DNA of 64,000 nt from Bacteroidota bacterium (lineage in GTDB: Bacteria; Bacteroidota; Ignavibacteria; Kapaibacteriales; UBA2268). The number at the start of each line of letters is the position of its first letter. Within the stretch, counting starts at the first letter, position 1. The stretch is taken from NCBI GenBank assembly GCA_048267165.1, contig JBLWYD010000001.1:73-64072 (forward strand), written 5' to 3'. Under the pieces are notes generated by a model. It did not search any database, was not told where the DNA came from, and saw only the letters and a program-made list of their open reading frames with translations. This document shows positions 28,601-37,982 of this stretch, in pieces. A program made the translations under genes and the position numbers.

Positions 28601-29190
28601 CCTTTGTAAACCAAATTGGGAAGGGAAGTAGTTCCTTGCCCAGCACCATTTACAGGATTACATTTCACGAAAGTATTAGATTTAGACCCAAATCTACTAT
28701 CAACAAACTTTTTAGAAACTGCCTCTGAACTTGAATATAAACCAATAAGTTTATCGTTAACATATACATTTGCAAAGTTAGAAAGAGGAGCATCCATATA
28801 TTCTCTTAGCAATTTGTAGCTAAGAACTTCTCTAATAAATGAAGGGTCTTTAGCTGCATTGCTTAGCTTTATATCCGTATAGTTCTCATATTTTTGATCT
28901 TTATAAGTATCTAGTTCTATATGAAATGGATTTTTAGTTTGTCTTGAATCATAAGTGCTATTTCCTTTGTACTTAACACCAACGCTATCGAAGAATACGC
29001 CATTTATCGTAACACTTTGTGCCATTATGTAGTTCTCATCGCCCGCCTTCTCAGCGTCTAGAAGAGCATCCCAATTGCTTTCTGCAAATACAATTTTAAT
29101 AGTTTGTACTTTATCTATATTGTAGAAATCTTGAGCCGATATGAGACTAAATGATATTAGAAAAGTAAGTAGAGTAAATATTTTTGTCAT
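25609..29190 (-). CDS. secreted CotH-family protein with four tandem lamin-tail (LTD) domains and a T9SS C-terminal sorting domain
   Basis: It has a signal peptide and an N-terminal CotH-like region. Then come 4 copies of INEFLASN..DQDG.YDDWIEIYNKG...DL.GY.LTDD, and the C-terminus is SIYPNPAKEEINISY... Confidence 0.8.
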   Translation of the reverse strand: MTKIFTLLTFLISFSLISAQDFYNIDKVQTIKIVFAESNWDALLDAEKAGDENYIMAQSVTINGVFFDSVGVKYKGNSTYDSRQTKNPFHIELDTYKDQKYENYTDIKLSNAAKDPSFIREVLSYKLLREYMDAPLSNFANVYVNDKLIGLYSSSEAVSKKFVDSRFGSKSNTFVKCNPVNGAGQGTTSLPNLVYKGNDSSQYYSAYELKSDTGWDELIDLCDTLKNNVADIEKILDVDRALWMLAFDNMIVNLDSYIGGFAQNYYLYRDDNGRFIPVVWDLNESIGTFSMSGSGNLNNTASKQRLDHLLHSNDASYPLISQLLSVPTYKKMYLAHCKTFLTDNFTNNGLYYTEGLAMQAIIDAHVQADQNKFYTYNNFVSNLTSDISGGGGPGPGSSTPGITTLMNGRYSYLMGLSDFSTTEPTISDIKTSTSTPKVGNKIGITANVVNEDAVVLRYRTQDRAPFSKVTMYDDGQHNDGAANDNVYGAEITIESAITEYYIYAENSTIGKFSPTNAEHEFYSIKSSIETAEGDIVINEFLASNDVTIADQDGGYDDWIEIYNKGSVTVDLEGYSLTDDITDFTLFTFPTGTMIQPNEYIVVWADKEMEQEGYHADLKLSASGESIYLTNAELSIIDSVNFGSQETDISVGRYPNGTGDFRVMTPTPGAMNTVESAASEIVINEFLASNEVTLADQDGAYDDWIEIYNKGSVTVDLEGYSLTDDITDFTLFTFPAGTMIQPNGYIIVWADKEMEQEGFHADLKLSASGESLYLTNSELAIIDSVNFGSQETDISYGRFPNGTGEFKVMTPTPSAENMLGTAANEIVINEFLASNEVTLADQDGAYDDWIEIYNKGSVAVDLGGYALTDDITDFTLFTFPTGTMIQPDGYIIVWADKEMEQEGFHADIKLSTSGESLYLTNAELSIIDSVNFGSQETDISYGRLPNGTGDFRIMTPTPGTMNTVLVVPSEIVINEFLASNEVTLADQDGGYDDWVELYNKGSVAVDLGGYALTDDITDFTLFTFPTGTMIQPNGYIIVWADKEMEQEGYHADLKLSASGESIYLTNAELSIIDSVNFGSQETDISVGRYPNGTGDFRVMTPTPGAENVSTVSSINDFGIEYKLSIYPNPAKEEINISYEKGISSIVVLDLNGKALLSNNNLAPQMVQNISIEYLETGTYFIRINDNVYVQFVKE
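25875..27595 (-). repeat. four tandem ~435-bp near-identical coding repeats (LTD modules) inside the CotH gene
   Basis: Repeat starts on the minus strand fall at about 27592, 27158, 26725 and 26290. Long stretches are identical at the DNA level. Confidence 0.9.
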
Positions 29191-29304
29191 TACTAAATTG
29201 CCTTATTAATTGATTAATTATTGTTTTCATATTATTAGACAATCGAAAATAAATAATCCTTCGGTCAAGAATCAATTATTTTTGTTATCTATAATATTAT
29301 ATAT

Positions 29305-29694
29305 TTGGAATTAGAAAAAGTGAGGAATTACAAGGTGAGTAAAATTAGTTCAATAGATGAATATATAGAATCATTCGAGCCCGAAATACAAAAGCTACTT
29401 AATCAGATGAGAGAAACTATAAGCAAAGCAGCACCAGACGCCGAAGAAACTATTAATTACGGTATACCTACTTTCAAGTTGAACGGTAATTTGGTTCACT
29501 TTGCCGCTGCAAAAAGTCATATTGGGTTCTACCCTGCTCCGTCAGCTATTGCCCATTTCTCTGAGGAAATCGCAAATTACAAATCAGCCAAAGGTTCGGT
29601 GCAGTTCCCATATAGCAAGCCCCTACCCCTCGAATTAATCACCAAAATCGTACATTTCCGAGTGCAAGAGAACCTAGCCAAAAAGAAGAAGTGA
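29305..29694 (+). CDS. DUF1801 (YdhG-like) domain protein
   Basis: IDEYIESF....QKLLNQMRETI....PDAEETINYGIPTFKLNGNLVHFAAAKSHIGFYP. The listed start is TTG, and the in-frame GTG at 29335 is an alternative. Confidence 0.75.
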   Translation: MELEKVRNYKVSKISSIDEYIESFEPEIQKLLNQMRETISKAAPDAEETINYGIPTFKLNGNLVHFAAAKSHIGFYPAPSAIAHFSEEIANYKSAKGSVQFPYSKPLPLELITKIVHFRVQENLAKKKK

Positions 29695-29697
29695 AGG

Positions 29698-32163
29698 CTA
29701 CCTCTTAACAATTTTTGTAGTGTATATATTGCTCTGGCCTTCTATAACAGACAGATTGTAAACGCCGCTGAGTAAAGCCGATAGGTTAAGCTCAATACTA
29801 CCCATACTAGCAAAAGTGTTTCTTCTATACACTTCTCGTCCTAAGTAATCAGTGATTATTACACTCAGTTCTTTGCTAGTAGCAACTGGCAAATCTATGC
29901 TAAGCACATTTTCTAGCGGATTAGGATATACGGATATACTTTTTGATTTTTCGCTAAGTACACTGTTTATTACTTCTGGTTCTATACGTGTACATAAATC
30001 CCAATGCGTAATATCATGGTATTCGGCAGAAGTACCAGTTGAAGATGTAAGCCCAACATACCCATTACTACCATTATCTAAACTAATATATTCATCTAAT
30101 GGGAAATCTGTAAGTTCCACTAATAATTCAGGTGTTTTATCGCTTTGGTTCAGATATATTTTCAAGTTGTGATCAAAGTACTCAACTCTACAAGTATACT
30201 CTTGGGTTGAATCCGAGAGAATAGTCAGAATGTCTTTATTCATATAAACAGTTGTACTGCTAGAGTGTCTAGCGATTAATACACCCTTATTATCAGGTTT
30301 TAGTATTGCTAAATGATTGCCATTCGGATCATTCATTACACTATTTTCCCAAAGGTCTATTTCAATAGCAATGGCGTTTTTGATTCCATGGTATCCAATA
30401 CCACCACCGTCTCCAATGAAATCAGTCGGCATCTCACCAGCTATAATAAACGCTAATCCATCTGCACCGGGTAGTGAGTTATCAGACATAATATCTGTTG
30501 GTGCAAAACTGCGTTTGATTGCATCTTTGGTACCACCGCTAATGAGGAACGAAAATTCGGACTCAAACCCACTAGCTATGTTAACTTTCTCACTGTAGAA
30601 CATATACCCCAATTCATACTCAAATAGGTCAGTTAGTCGGAATATATCTTCTTCAAAAATAGGTTTATTTGTATTTAGCTTAATATTACTAAACCCAGCA
30701 TCGGAGTTGAACTCCTCTTTGCAATAAGCACCGATTCCAAAGACAGAGATAAACCCGTCACGACCACCTAGTGGCAAACGATAAGGAGCGTCAACTGTTG
30801 TAGGGAAATCAGGTGACTGAGTCCAGCCAGTAACGATGATTTTGTCTGTAAGTACGCAAATACTTCTACCTTGGTCTATCTTACTACCACCCAAATAACT
30901 ACTGTATAATAATTCACCTTCTTGACTCCACTTTGCTAGAAAACAATCTTCTGTACCATTTAGCTTGTTATACTTAGCATTGTTAGTTGTAGGAAAATTA
31001 GTACTAGTCGTAAAAGCAGTCACGTAAATATTATCAAATTTATCGACTTTCATATCTCCGAACTTATGGAAGATATTGTCTTCACCATCTATACTAGTGC
31101 CACCGAAATAACTTGACCATATTATCTTTTTATCTCTACTTATCTTCATTAGATAATTATCAATTCTCCCAGCATTGTATTGAAAAAAGGAATTCTTATC
31201 CGTTTTCAAATCAACACTAGAAGTATAGATATGAGCAATAAGATTACCTTTGGAATCATAGTTGATTTTTAAAGGATAGTCTTGACCATTACCGCCGTAA
31301 TAGCTAGACCAATTAAGTGAGCAATCACTATTAAAAATCATAAAGTAATTATCATATTGATTTTGACTGCCAATCTTTGCAGACTGTAACGGAGTTCCTT
31401 TTTGGGGTAAAATACTACTATCTGTAAACCCACTAATTGCAACTTGATTATCAATCTTTGAATATGAGATACTTAATCCGTAATCTGAATTTTCACCACC
31501 AATTAGAGAGCAATAGAGTAATTTACCCTCATCAGAGATTTTAAGTATATAAGAGTCATAAGCACCATCTAATTGAGATTTGAGCGCATTGCTTGTAGTT
31601 TTGAAGTTACTACTATTTGTACGTCCAGTTATCCATACATTTTTATCAGAATCAATAGCCACAGCTGCAGCATAATCATAACCTTCACCACCAAAGAAAG
31701 AAGAATATAGCAATTCACCATCAAGGGAAAGTTTTGTAATTATAATATCTCCAGAACCGCCAAAATGACTTTTAGAAATCGCATTGTTAGTAACAGGGTA
31801 ATTTGCAGATAAAGTCTCGCCAACAAGCCAGATAGCATCATCTGAAATCGCCATATTCTGTATGATTTCTCTACCGTTACCACCAATATATGTGCTCCAA
31901 ATAACAGCCATATTATCATCATACTTTGTTAGGAAAATATCAAAATCCCCACCATTTGATTTCTGGTATGCCCCATTAGTAGTAGGGTAATTATAGCTTT
32001 TTGTAAAACCTATTACGTATATATTCCCATTTTTGTCCGATTGAACATTAGTTATTTCATCATGCTCGTTACCACCTAAATAACTTGACTTAATTAAATC
32101 AAACTCATCAGAATACGATGCTGTAAAAGTTAAAATTGTGAATAGTAGTATATATAATTTCAT
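29698..32163 (-). CDS. secreted SBBP/beta-propeller-repeat protein with a lectin-like domain and T9SS C-terminal domain
   Basis: It has a signal peptide and reiterated Y.GG...D.....I..D..GN.Y..G.T.S..FP.T units. The C-terminal region looks like a legume-lectin/LamG-type domain, and the C-terminus is SVYPNPLENVLSIDL. Confidence 0.7.
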   Translation of the reverse strand: MKLYILLFTILTFTASYSDEFDLIKSSYLGGNEHDEITNVQSDKNGNIYVIGFTKSYNYPTTNGAYQKSNGGDFDIFLTKYDDNMAVIWSTYIGGNGREIIQNMAISDDAIWLVGETLSANYPVTNNAISKSHFGGSGDIIITKLSLDGELLYSSFFGGEGYDYAAAVAIDSDKNVWITGRTNSSNFKTTSNALKSQLDGAYDSYILKISDEGKLLYCSLIGGENSDYGLSISYSKIDNQVAISGFTDSSILPQKGTPLQSAKIGSQNQYDNYFMIFNSDCSLNWSSYYGGNGQDYPLKINYDSKGNLIAHIYTSSVDLKTDKNSFFQYNAGRIDNYLMKISRDKKIIWSSYFGGTSIDGEDNIFHKFGDMKVDKFDNIYVTAFTTSTNFPTTNNAKYNKLNGTEDCFLAKWSQEGELLYSSYLGGSKIDQGRSICVLTDKIIVTGWTQSPDFPTTVDAPYRLPLGGRDGFISVFGIGAYCKEEFNSDAGFSNIKLNTNKPIFEEDIFRLTDLFEYELGYMFYSEKVNIASGFESEFSFLISGGTKDAIKRSFAPTDIMSDNSLPGADGLAFIIAGEMPTDFIGDGGGIGYHGIKNAIAIEIDLWENSVMNDPNGNHLAILKPDNKGVLIARHSSSTTVYMNKDILTILSDSTQEYTCRVEYFDHNLKIYLNQSDKTPELLVELTDFPLDEYISLDNGSNGYVGLTSSTGTSAEYHDITHWDLCTRIEPEVINSVLSEKSKSISVYPNPLENVLSIDLPVATSKELSVIITDYLGREVYRRNTFASMGSIELNLSALLSGVYNLSVIEGQSNIYTTKIVKR

Positions 32164-32283
32164 TTGGACCTTCTTATAAAAAATATTTATTTCAATTTAC
32201 TTAAATTAAAATTCAAATCCAAAAGTTATTAACTTGTCTTCGAGCAGTTATTTATTTATCTTTGTATAGTTAAAATAGACTTA

Positions 32284-32730
32284 TTGAAATCAAATATGCA
32301 GTTCAAATTCCAATCAAGTATTAATAGTATTTTTTCAGAAGACTTAAGTGATTTATTATTTTTCAATATTAATCAGATTAATTATAAAGAGCATATTATA
32401 CAAGCTATAAATAGTTATGGTAGTCCGGAGATAGTACTTAATGGTGATAAAATCACTATAACCTTAAAAGGTGAAATAGAAACACATACACTTTTTTTAA
32501 TTGGACAAGAACAAATAGAAGAGGTGTTACTTGGTGTTGCGGTTTTTTTTAAAGAAAAAAATAATGAAGCAATATTATTGCACATAGCAGTTAATCATAA
32601 TTTATATGATTCAACATTTTTAACGCTTCAATTAATAATTGAAGTGAAAAATTACTTGAAAAATATAACAGGAATACAAAAGCTCTCAATTTTCTATTCT
32701 GATCGAATTACAAGTTTGAGGATTAGCTAA
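32284..32730 (+). CDS. hypothetical protein, first gene of the acyl-carrier operon (likely start ATG 32296)
   Basis: ORF only. It lies 2 nt from the next gene, and no family is recognised. Confidence 0.45.
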   Translation: MKSNMQFKFQSSINSIFSEDLSDLLFFNINQINYKEHIIQAINSYGSPEIVLNGDKITITLKGEIETHTLFLIGQEQIEEVLLGVAVFFKEKNNEAILLHIAVNHNLYDSTFLTLQLIIEVKNYLKNITGIQKLSIFYSDRITSLRIS

Positions 32731-32732
32731 AT

Positions 32733-33614
32733 ATGGAACAATTCTTAAAAAAAATACTCCCCAAGAAAGTTGTTCAGTTTTTAAAGAACAGAAGGGTTAA
32801 AAGTAAGAATAATCGATTAAAGAAACTACCTTCATTAAGTATAATACAGCTTGAAGATATAATTAGAAACGAATTAGGGATAAGAGAAGGGGATGTAGTT
32901 CTAATTCATAGTTCATTAGGTAATCTTAACTTAGGATGCACACCATTCGAAATACTCAACTTACTTCTTAGAATAGTAGGTGATGAGGGTACGATTCTAT
33001 TTCCTACTTACCCAAAACTAACCTCACTAATATTTTTAGAATCGAATAAAGTCTTTAGTCTTAATAAAACCCCTTCATACATGGGTATTCTATCAGAGAT
33101 AGCCAGAAGACACCCAAAAGCTTTTCGTAGTTTACATCCTACAAAATCAGTTGTTGCTATTGGTAAGTATGCAGATGAACTAACTAAAAACCATCATGAA
33201 TCTATTTACCCCTATGGGATAGAATCGCCTTATTATAAAATCAATAACTATAATGGCAAGACAATAGGAATTGGGGTAAGTACAAAAAACTTGTCGTGCA
33301 TTCATTGTGTAGATGATATAATGAAAAATGAATTTCCAGTTATGCCCTATGATGAAAGAGTATTTGAATCAACTTGTATCGATAAGAATAACGAAAAGAA
33401 AAAAGTCTCGACTTACGCACACGAATTGAAAAAGATGAACTATGACATCCCAAAATTCATAAATAAGTATATTGAAGAAGCTATATGTAAAGATATAGAT
33501 ATTAGTGGAATGAAGTTTTTTAGAGCAGATTCTACTAGATTATTTGAAAAATTACTTAGCTTAGCAAAAGAAGGAAAAACCATATATAATAAAAAGCATT
33601 ATCGGAGAAGATAA
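32733..33614 (+). CDS. AAC(3)-family (aminoglycoside N3-acetyltransferase-like) N-acyltransferase
   Basis: GDVVLIHSSLGNL...GDEGTILFPTY matches the Antibiotic_NAT family signature (xLxVHSSLSxLG ... GTLxMPT). Confidence 0.7.
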   Translation: MEQFLKKILPKKVVQFLKNRRVKSKNNRLKKLPSLSIIQLEDIIRNELGIREGDVVLIHSSLGNLNLGCTPFEILNLLLRIVGDEGTILFPTYPKLTSLIFLESNKVFSLNKTPSYMGILSEIARRHPKAFRSLHPTKSVVAIGKYADELTKNHHESIYPYGIESPYYKINNYNGKTIGIGVSTKNLSCIHCVDDIMKNEFPVMPYDERVFESTCIDKNNEKKKVSTYAHELKKMNYDIPKFINKYIEEAICKDIDISGMKFFRADSTRLFEKLLSLAKEGKTIYNKKHYRRR

Positions 33615-33616
33615 TT

Positions 33617-34750
33617 ATGAAACTGGCTTTAATCTTTACAAATGATTGGGAACTTTATGGTGATGGGTCTGGAGATTATTTTGAAGTTCAACACCAACCA
33701 CTAATTGACTTAACAAGTCTTATGGATGGTTATGGTGCTAAATTATCAATTATGGCAGAAATATTCCAGCAAGTCAAACATGAAGAACTATCAGAATCAA
33801 ATCCTGATTTTGTAAAAATTGTTGACTCTTGGAAAGAAATATTAAGAGAATCTTATGCTAAAGGACACGATGTTCAGCTTCACATACATCCGCAATGGAA
33901 CGAAGCTAGATTAGAAAACAATGAATGGATACTAGGCGATAACTGGTCCATAGGGAAAAGAAGCAAAGAGCAAGTGGAAGCCTTTATTCAAATGGGGAAA
34001 ACATATTTAGAATCAACCATACAAGGAGTAGAAAGTAATTATAAATGTGAAGTTTATAGAGCCGGTGCATATTATATAGAACCTTCGAATAATGTAATTG
34101 ATACACTGAAGGAAAATGAGTTTATTTGCGACACTTCAGTTACCAAAGGAACTTACGTAGATAATTATTACGATTATCGAAAAGCCTTTTCTAATATATT
34201 ACCTTGGAGCATTGGTAAAGAAGGAGTAACTAAAAAAGTAGAAAGTTCTTCATTAATAGAAATACCCATTAATTCTGCAATCAGTATTGACTCAGAGGTA
34301 TTAAAGAAATTTGTTCCTGATGTATATTATAAACTTAGGTTTGGGGTTTCGTTATCGGAAGCTGAAAAGACTTGGATGCGAGAAAGAGACAAAGTTAAAA
34401 GCATTAGATACCCCGTAAGCAGGAGAGCATATAAAAAACATGAGAATAAGAATCTCTCATGGTATATAAATAAAATATTTTCAGTAAATGCTGTCCAATT
34501 AGACTATGATTACGTACCATCAAGTGTGTTTGTACAAATGTTAAAAAATATACTTTCAGACAAACAATTAGCAAAATATAAGAATTCAGATGTTATAATC
34601 CCTGTAGTTGCATCTGGACACGTTAAGGATATGCACAATACTGACAATGTGAAACGTATATTGGAAGGGATTAAAAATGAATTATCTGATAAAGTAGAAT
34701 ATTGGACTATATCTGAAGCAGCTAAATATTCAAAAGAAAATTTAATATAA
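33617..34750 (+). CDS. hypothetical protein, possibly polysaccharide-deacetylase/carbohydrate-esterase-like
   Basis: The N-terminus LIFTNDWELYGDGSGDY and the His-rich DVQLHIHPQW are suggestive only, so the functional call is weak. Confidence 0.35.
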   Translation: MKLALIFTNDWELYGDGSGDYFEVQHQPLIDLTSLMDGYGAKLSIMAEIFQQVKHEELSESNPDFVKIVDSWKEILRESYAKGHDVQLHIHPQWNEARLENNEWILGDNWSIGKRSKEQVEAFIQMGKTYLESTIQGVESNYKCEVYRAGAYYIEPSNNVIDTLKENEFICDTSVTKGTYVDNYYDYRKAFSNILPWSIGKEGVTKKVESSSLIEIPINSAISIDSEVLKKFVPDVYYKLRFGVSLSEAEKTWMRERDKVKSIRYPVSRRAYKKHENKNLSWYINKIFSVNAVQLDYDYVPSSVFVQMLKNILSDKQLAKYKNSDVIIPVVASGHVKDMHNTDNVKRILEGIKNELSDKVEYWTISEAAKYSKENLI

Positions 34751-34762
34751 GGTAAAGGATTA

Positions 34763-35041
34763 ATGGAAAAGGCAGCAGTAAAAGAAATAATAATTGATTC
34801 ATTCAATGAATTAATAGAGACAGAAGGCATAAGTGTAGAGGTGAATGGAAGTACGGCACTTATGGGAAGTAACGCAGTGATTGACTCACTAGGTCTAGTC
34901 ACTTTGTTAGTAGATGTTGAAGCAAGATTATCCGACGAAGATGTTGAAATTTCAATTTTATCTGAGAAAGCAATGTCTCAGAAAAATAGTCCATTTCTAA
35001 ATATTGATTCATTAACTGAATATATTTCAGAACAAATTTAA
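34763..35041 (+). CDS. acyl/peptidyl carrier protein
   Basis: It is 92 aa and acidic, with the phosphopantetheine attachment motif IDSLGLVTLL. Confidence 0.8.
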   Translation: MEKAAVKEIIIDSFNELIETEGISVEVNGSTALMGSNAVIDSLGLVTLLVDVEARLSDEDVEISILSEKAMSQKNSPFLNIDSLTEYISEQI

Positions 35042-35049
35042 TATAAAGA

Positions 35050-35748
35050 ATGTCAAAAATATTATTAATCACGGGTTCAAGAAAAGGAATTGGTAGATAC
35101 TTAACCGAGTACTATTTAGAAAAAGGTTTTGTAGTAATTGGCTTCTCTAGAACTGAATCAGATTTGAATCACAAAAATTACAAACATATTCTATTAGATG
35201 TTGCTGATGAGAGTGCTGTTTCTAAATCAGTGAGAACCATTTACAAAGAATACAAAAGAATAGATTACCTAATAAATAATGCAGGTATTGCTTCAATGAA
35301 CCACTTTCTTTTAACGCCACTATCAGTAGTATCAAAAGTTTTTGAGACAAATTTTAAAGGGACATTTAATTTCTCAAGGGAAGTTGGGAAAGTAATGTCA
35401 AGACAAAAATTTGGTCGCATTATTAATTTTACAACTGTTGCTTGCCCGCTTAATTTGGACGGAGAAGCTGTTTATGCATCGTCAAAATCAGCTGTAGAAA
35501 CATTCACTAGGGTTATGGCAAAAGAAATAGGTCACTTAGGAATAACTTGTAATTTGATAGGACCCTCTCCAATTAAAACAGATTTAATAAAAAATATACC
35601 GCAAAACAAAATAGATAAATTGATTAATATGCAATCAATACCAGAATTTTCAGAGTTCAAAGATGTTTCTAATGTAACTGATTTTTTCTTGAGTGATGAT
35701 AGTAAAATGATAACAGGTCAGACTATATATTTGTCAGGAGTTAATTAA
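35050..35748 (+). CDS. short-chain dehydrogenase/reductase (FabG-like)
   Basis: TGSRKGIGR cofactor motif, NNAG, and the catalytic YASSKSA. Confidence 0.85.
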   Translation: MSKILLITGSRKGIGRYLTEYYLEKGFVVIGFSRTESDLNHKNYKHILLDVADESAVSKSVRTIYKEYKRIDYLINNAGIASMNHFLLTPLSVVSKVFETNFKGTFNFSREVGKVMSRQKFGRIINFTTVACPLNLDGEAVYASSKSAVETFTRVMAKEIGHLGITCNLIGPSPIKTDLIKNIPQNKIDKLINMQSIPEFSEFKDVSNVTDFFLSDDSKMITGQTIYLSGVN

Positions 35749-37079
35749 TGTTTATAGACTTTTTAATCGATATTTTTAAAGATAATAAAGAAGAATCAGC
35801 TCTGATTTATAACGAAGAAGAGTACAGTTATAAATGGCTACTAGATAGATTTGATTACTACAAAGCTACTTTAGTAGAACATAGTATAGAACCATTCTCA
35901 GTTGTTGCTGTAAGGTCTGATTTCAACCCTGAATCTGTAGCACTTATGCTGGCACTCATTGATAATGGTAATTGTTTTGTACCTATCTCTTATGCTGTTA
36001 AAACTAAAGAAGAATTCTACGAAATAGCTGAAGTAAAACATGTTCTTGAATTTAAAAAAGGGTTATTAACTTTTGAGAACCTAGGTGTAGAACCAAAACA
36101 TGATATTTTGATATCATTGAAAGAAAGAAAATCGCCTGGACTAATACTCTTTTCTTCTGGCTCTACGGGTAAAAGTAAAGCCGCAGTTCATGACTTTGTT
36201 CCATTACTTGAAAAATTTAAAACACCAAGAAAAGCATTAAAGACAATAACATTCTTATTGTTTGACCACATAGGGGGTGTAAACACACTATTATATATTC
36301 TATCAAATGCTGGTACGATAGTGACTGTTGAAGATAGAAATCCGGAGAATGTTTGCCGTCTAATAGAGAAATATAATGTTGAATTATTACCTACTTCACC
36401 TACATTTCTTTCGATGGTTCTTATATCAAAAGCTTATGAAAAATATGATATTTCTTCTTTGCAAATTGCCACTTATGGTACAGAAGCAATGCCCGAATCA
36501 ACTTTAAAAAGCTTCCATAGAATATTTCCGAACATTGTCTTGAAACAAACTTATGGATTGAGTGAATTAGGAATTCTCAGATCTAAATCGAAGTCTAATG
36601 ATTCACTTTGGGTTAAAGTAGGCGGCGAAGATTATGAAACAAAAATTATCGATGATGTATTATTTATAAAAGCAAAATCAGCAATGTTAGGGTACTTAAA
36701 TGCTCCTTCACCTTTCGATGAGGAAGGCTGGTTTAATACCCAGGATAAAGTAGAAACAGATGGTGATTGGATTAAAATATTAGGTAGAGAAACAGACATA
36801 ATAAATGTTGGTGGACAAAAGGTATATCCAGCTGAAGTAGAATCTGTTTTAGGAGAGATTGATAATATTGACTCTGCATCTGTTTATGGTGTTCCAAATC
36901 CGCTATTAGGGTTTGTAGTAGGTGCAAAAATTTCACTTACAAAGCCTGAAGAATTAAAGGATTTAAAAAAGAAAGTTAGAATTTATTGTAAAGAGAAAAT
37001 GGAATCATTTAAGGTGCCTGTACACATTGAGATTATTGATTCAGCTCAAGTTTCGTCAAGATTCAAGAAAATCAGATAG
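35748..37079 (+). CDS. AMP-dependent synthetase/ligase (adenylate-forming, probable carrier-protein loader)
   Basis: Motifs LFSSGSTGKSKA, YGLSE, GWFNTQD and GRETDIINVGGQKVYPAEVE. Confidence 0.85.
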   Translation: MFIDFLIDIFKDNKEESALIYNEEEYSYKWLLDRFDYYKATLVEHSIEPFSVVAVRSDFNPESVALMLALIDNGNCFVPISYAVKTKEEFYEIAEVKHVLEFKKGLLTFENLGVEPKHDILISLKERKSPGLILFSSGSTGKSKAAVHDFVPLLEKFKTPRKALKTITFLLFDHIGGVNTLLYILSNAGTIVTVEDRNPENVCRLIEKYNVELLPTSPTFLSMVLISKAYEKYDISSLQIATYGTEAMPESTLKSFHRIFPNIVLKQTYGLSELGILRSKSKSNDSLWVKVGGEDYETKIIDDVLFIKAKSAMLGYLNAPSPFDEEGWFNTQDKVETDGDWIKILGRETDIINVGGQKVYPAEVESVLGEIDNIDSASVYGVPNPLLGFVVGAKISLTKPEELKDLKKKVRIYCKEKMESFKVPVHIEIIDSAQVSSRFKKIR

Positions 37080-37091
37080 TTTAAATTGCTT

Positions 37092-37122
37092 AAGCTCCTT
37101 TTTATTCAAGGAGCTTTTTTTT
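37092..37122 (+). terminator. Rho-independent terminator of the acyl-carrier operon
   Basis: AAGCTCCTT-TTTATTC-AAGGAGCTT is followed by a T run. Confidence 0.8.
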
Positions 37123-37261
37123 AAGTTTACTTCTCTTTCCCCCCATCCATTCCTATACCATTTCCGAATGATTAGATTTCTGTTTTAATGCAGACCCTCG
37201 CCCGACCCATTACTTTCGCTTTTCATATTATTTCATAACAATATAAATAGCGGAGGAATAG

Positions 37262-37714
37262 ATGGCTTATTCATCTAATGCAGACCTACTAAAGAGGTTC
37301 ACCTCATCGGAGTTGGCTAAGCTAACAGGCGATGAGTCGGGCATCACAATCGATACAGACAGAACGGACGTTGCTCGTGATTTGGCAGATGCCACAATTG
37401 ATGCAACCCTACACGGCAGATATGACGTACCTTTCGACGACCCAGATGCGCTCATTATCTCACTTTCCATTGACTTGACTATCTACCATCTCTACAGAAT
37501 AGAGTACGGCGAATTACCACTCCCAACGGAGATAAACGGCTATTACGAAGAGTCAATGCAGTTGCTTGATGATATTCGCACTGGCGAGCTATACTTGGGC
37601 GGATACACTGCCGGCATTGACGCTCCACCAACTATTATTAGCACCAAATCCAATAGCAATCGCCTTTATTCGGGTGACGTTCTTGACTCTTATTTCGGAG
37701 GTGCAGATGTATAA
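37262..37714 (+). CDS. DUF1320 (phage Mu gp36-like) head-completion protein
   Basis: The N-terminal pattern Y....DLLKRF...ELAKLTGD ... IDATLHGRYDVPF is characteristic of DUF1320. Confidence 0.7.
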   Translation: MAYSSNADLLKRFTSSELAKLTGDESGITIDTDRTDVARDLADATIDATLHGRYDVPFDDPDALIISLSIDLTIYHLYRIEYGELPLPTEINGYYEESMQLLDDIRTGELYLGGYTAGIDAPPTIISTKSNSNRLYSGDVLDSYFGGADV

Positions 37715-37982
37715 GGATTGCTTGAGATATGGTCTATTGGCAGTAGTGCTGCTCTTCGCTTGGCTGTTCCTTCTGCCAGGGATTGAGGAGCTACACACTC
37801 TGCTGATAATAGTGATGATAGAGGTAATCGCAGTCGGGCTTTCGGCACTTGCGGTTTACTCATATACCAAAATCGACTTTACTCACGAACTGGAATCTAA
37901 TAATCTCGGTCACATATTTATAGGGGTGCATATATGCGTTGGTTTATCAGTGCTTGGCGTCTATTTAGTGCAATTCTCCTAA
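37707..37982 (+). CDS. small three-TM membrane protein, holin-like
   Basis: GGAGG lies 5 nt upstream of the ATG at 37707. The protein is 91 aa with three hydrophobic helices and sits directly upstream of a lysin-like gene. Confidence 0.5.
   Translation: MYKDCLRYGLLAVVLLFAWLFLLPGIEELHTLLIIVMIEVIAVGLSALAVYSYTKIDFTHELESNNLGHIFIGVHICVGLSVLGVYLVQFS

Noticed and set aside
37566-37982. This is the long version (138 aa) of the holin-like ORF, starting inside the DUF1320 gene.
   Set aside because: The first 47 codons overlap DUF1320 in another frame. An internal ATG at 37707 with a GGAGG site gives a compact 3-TM protein.
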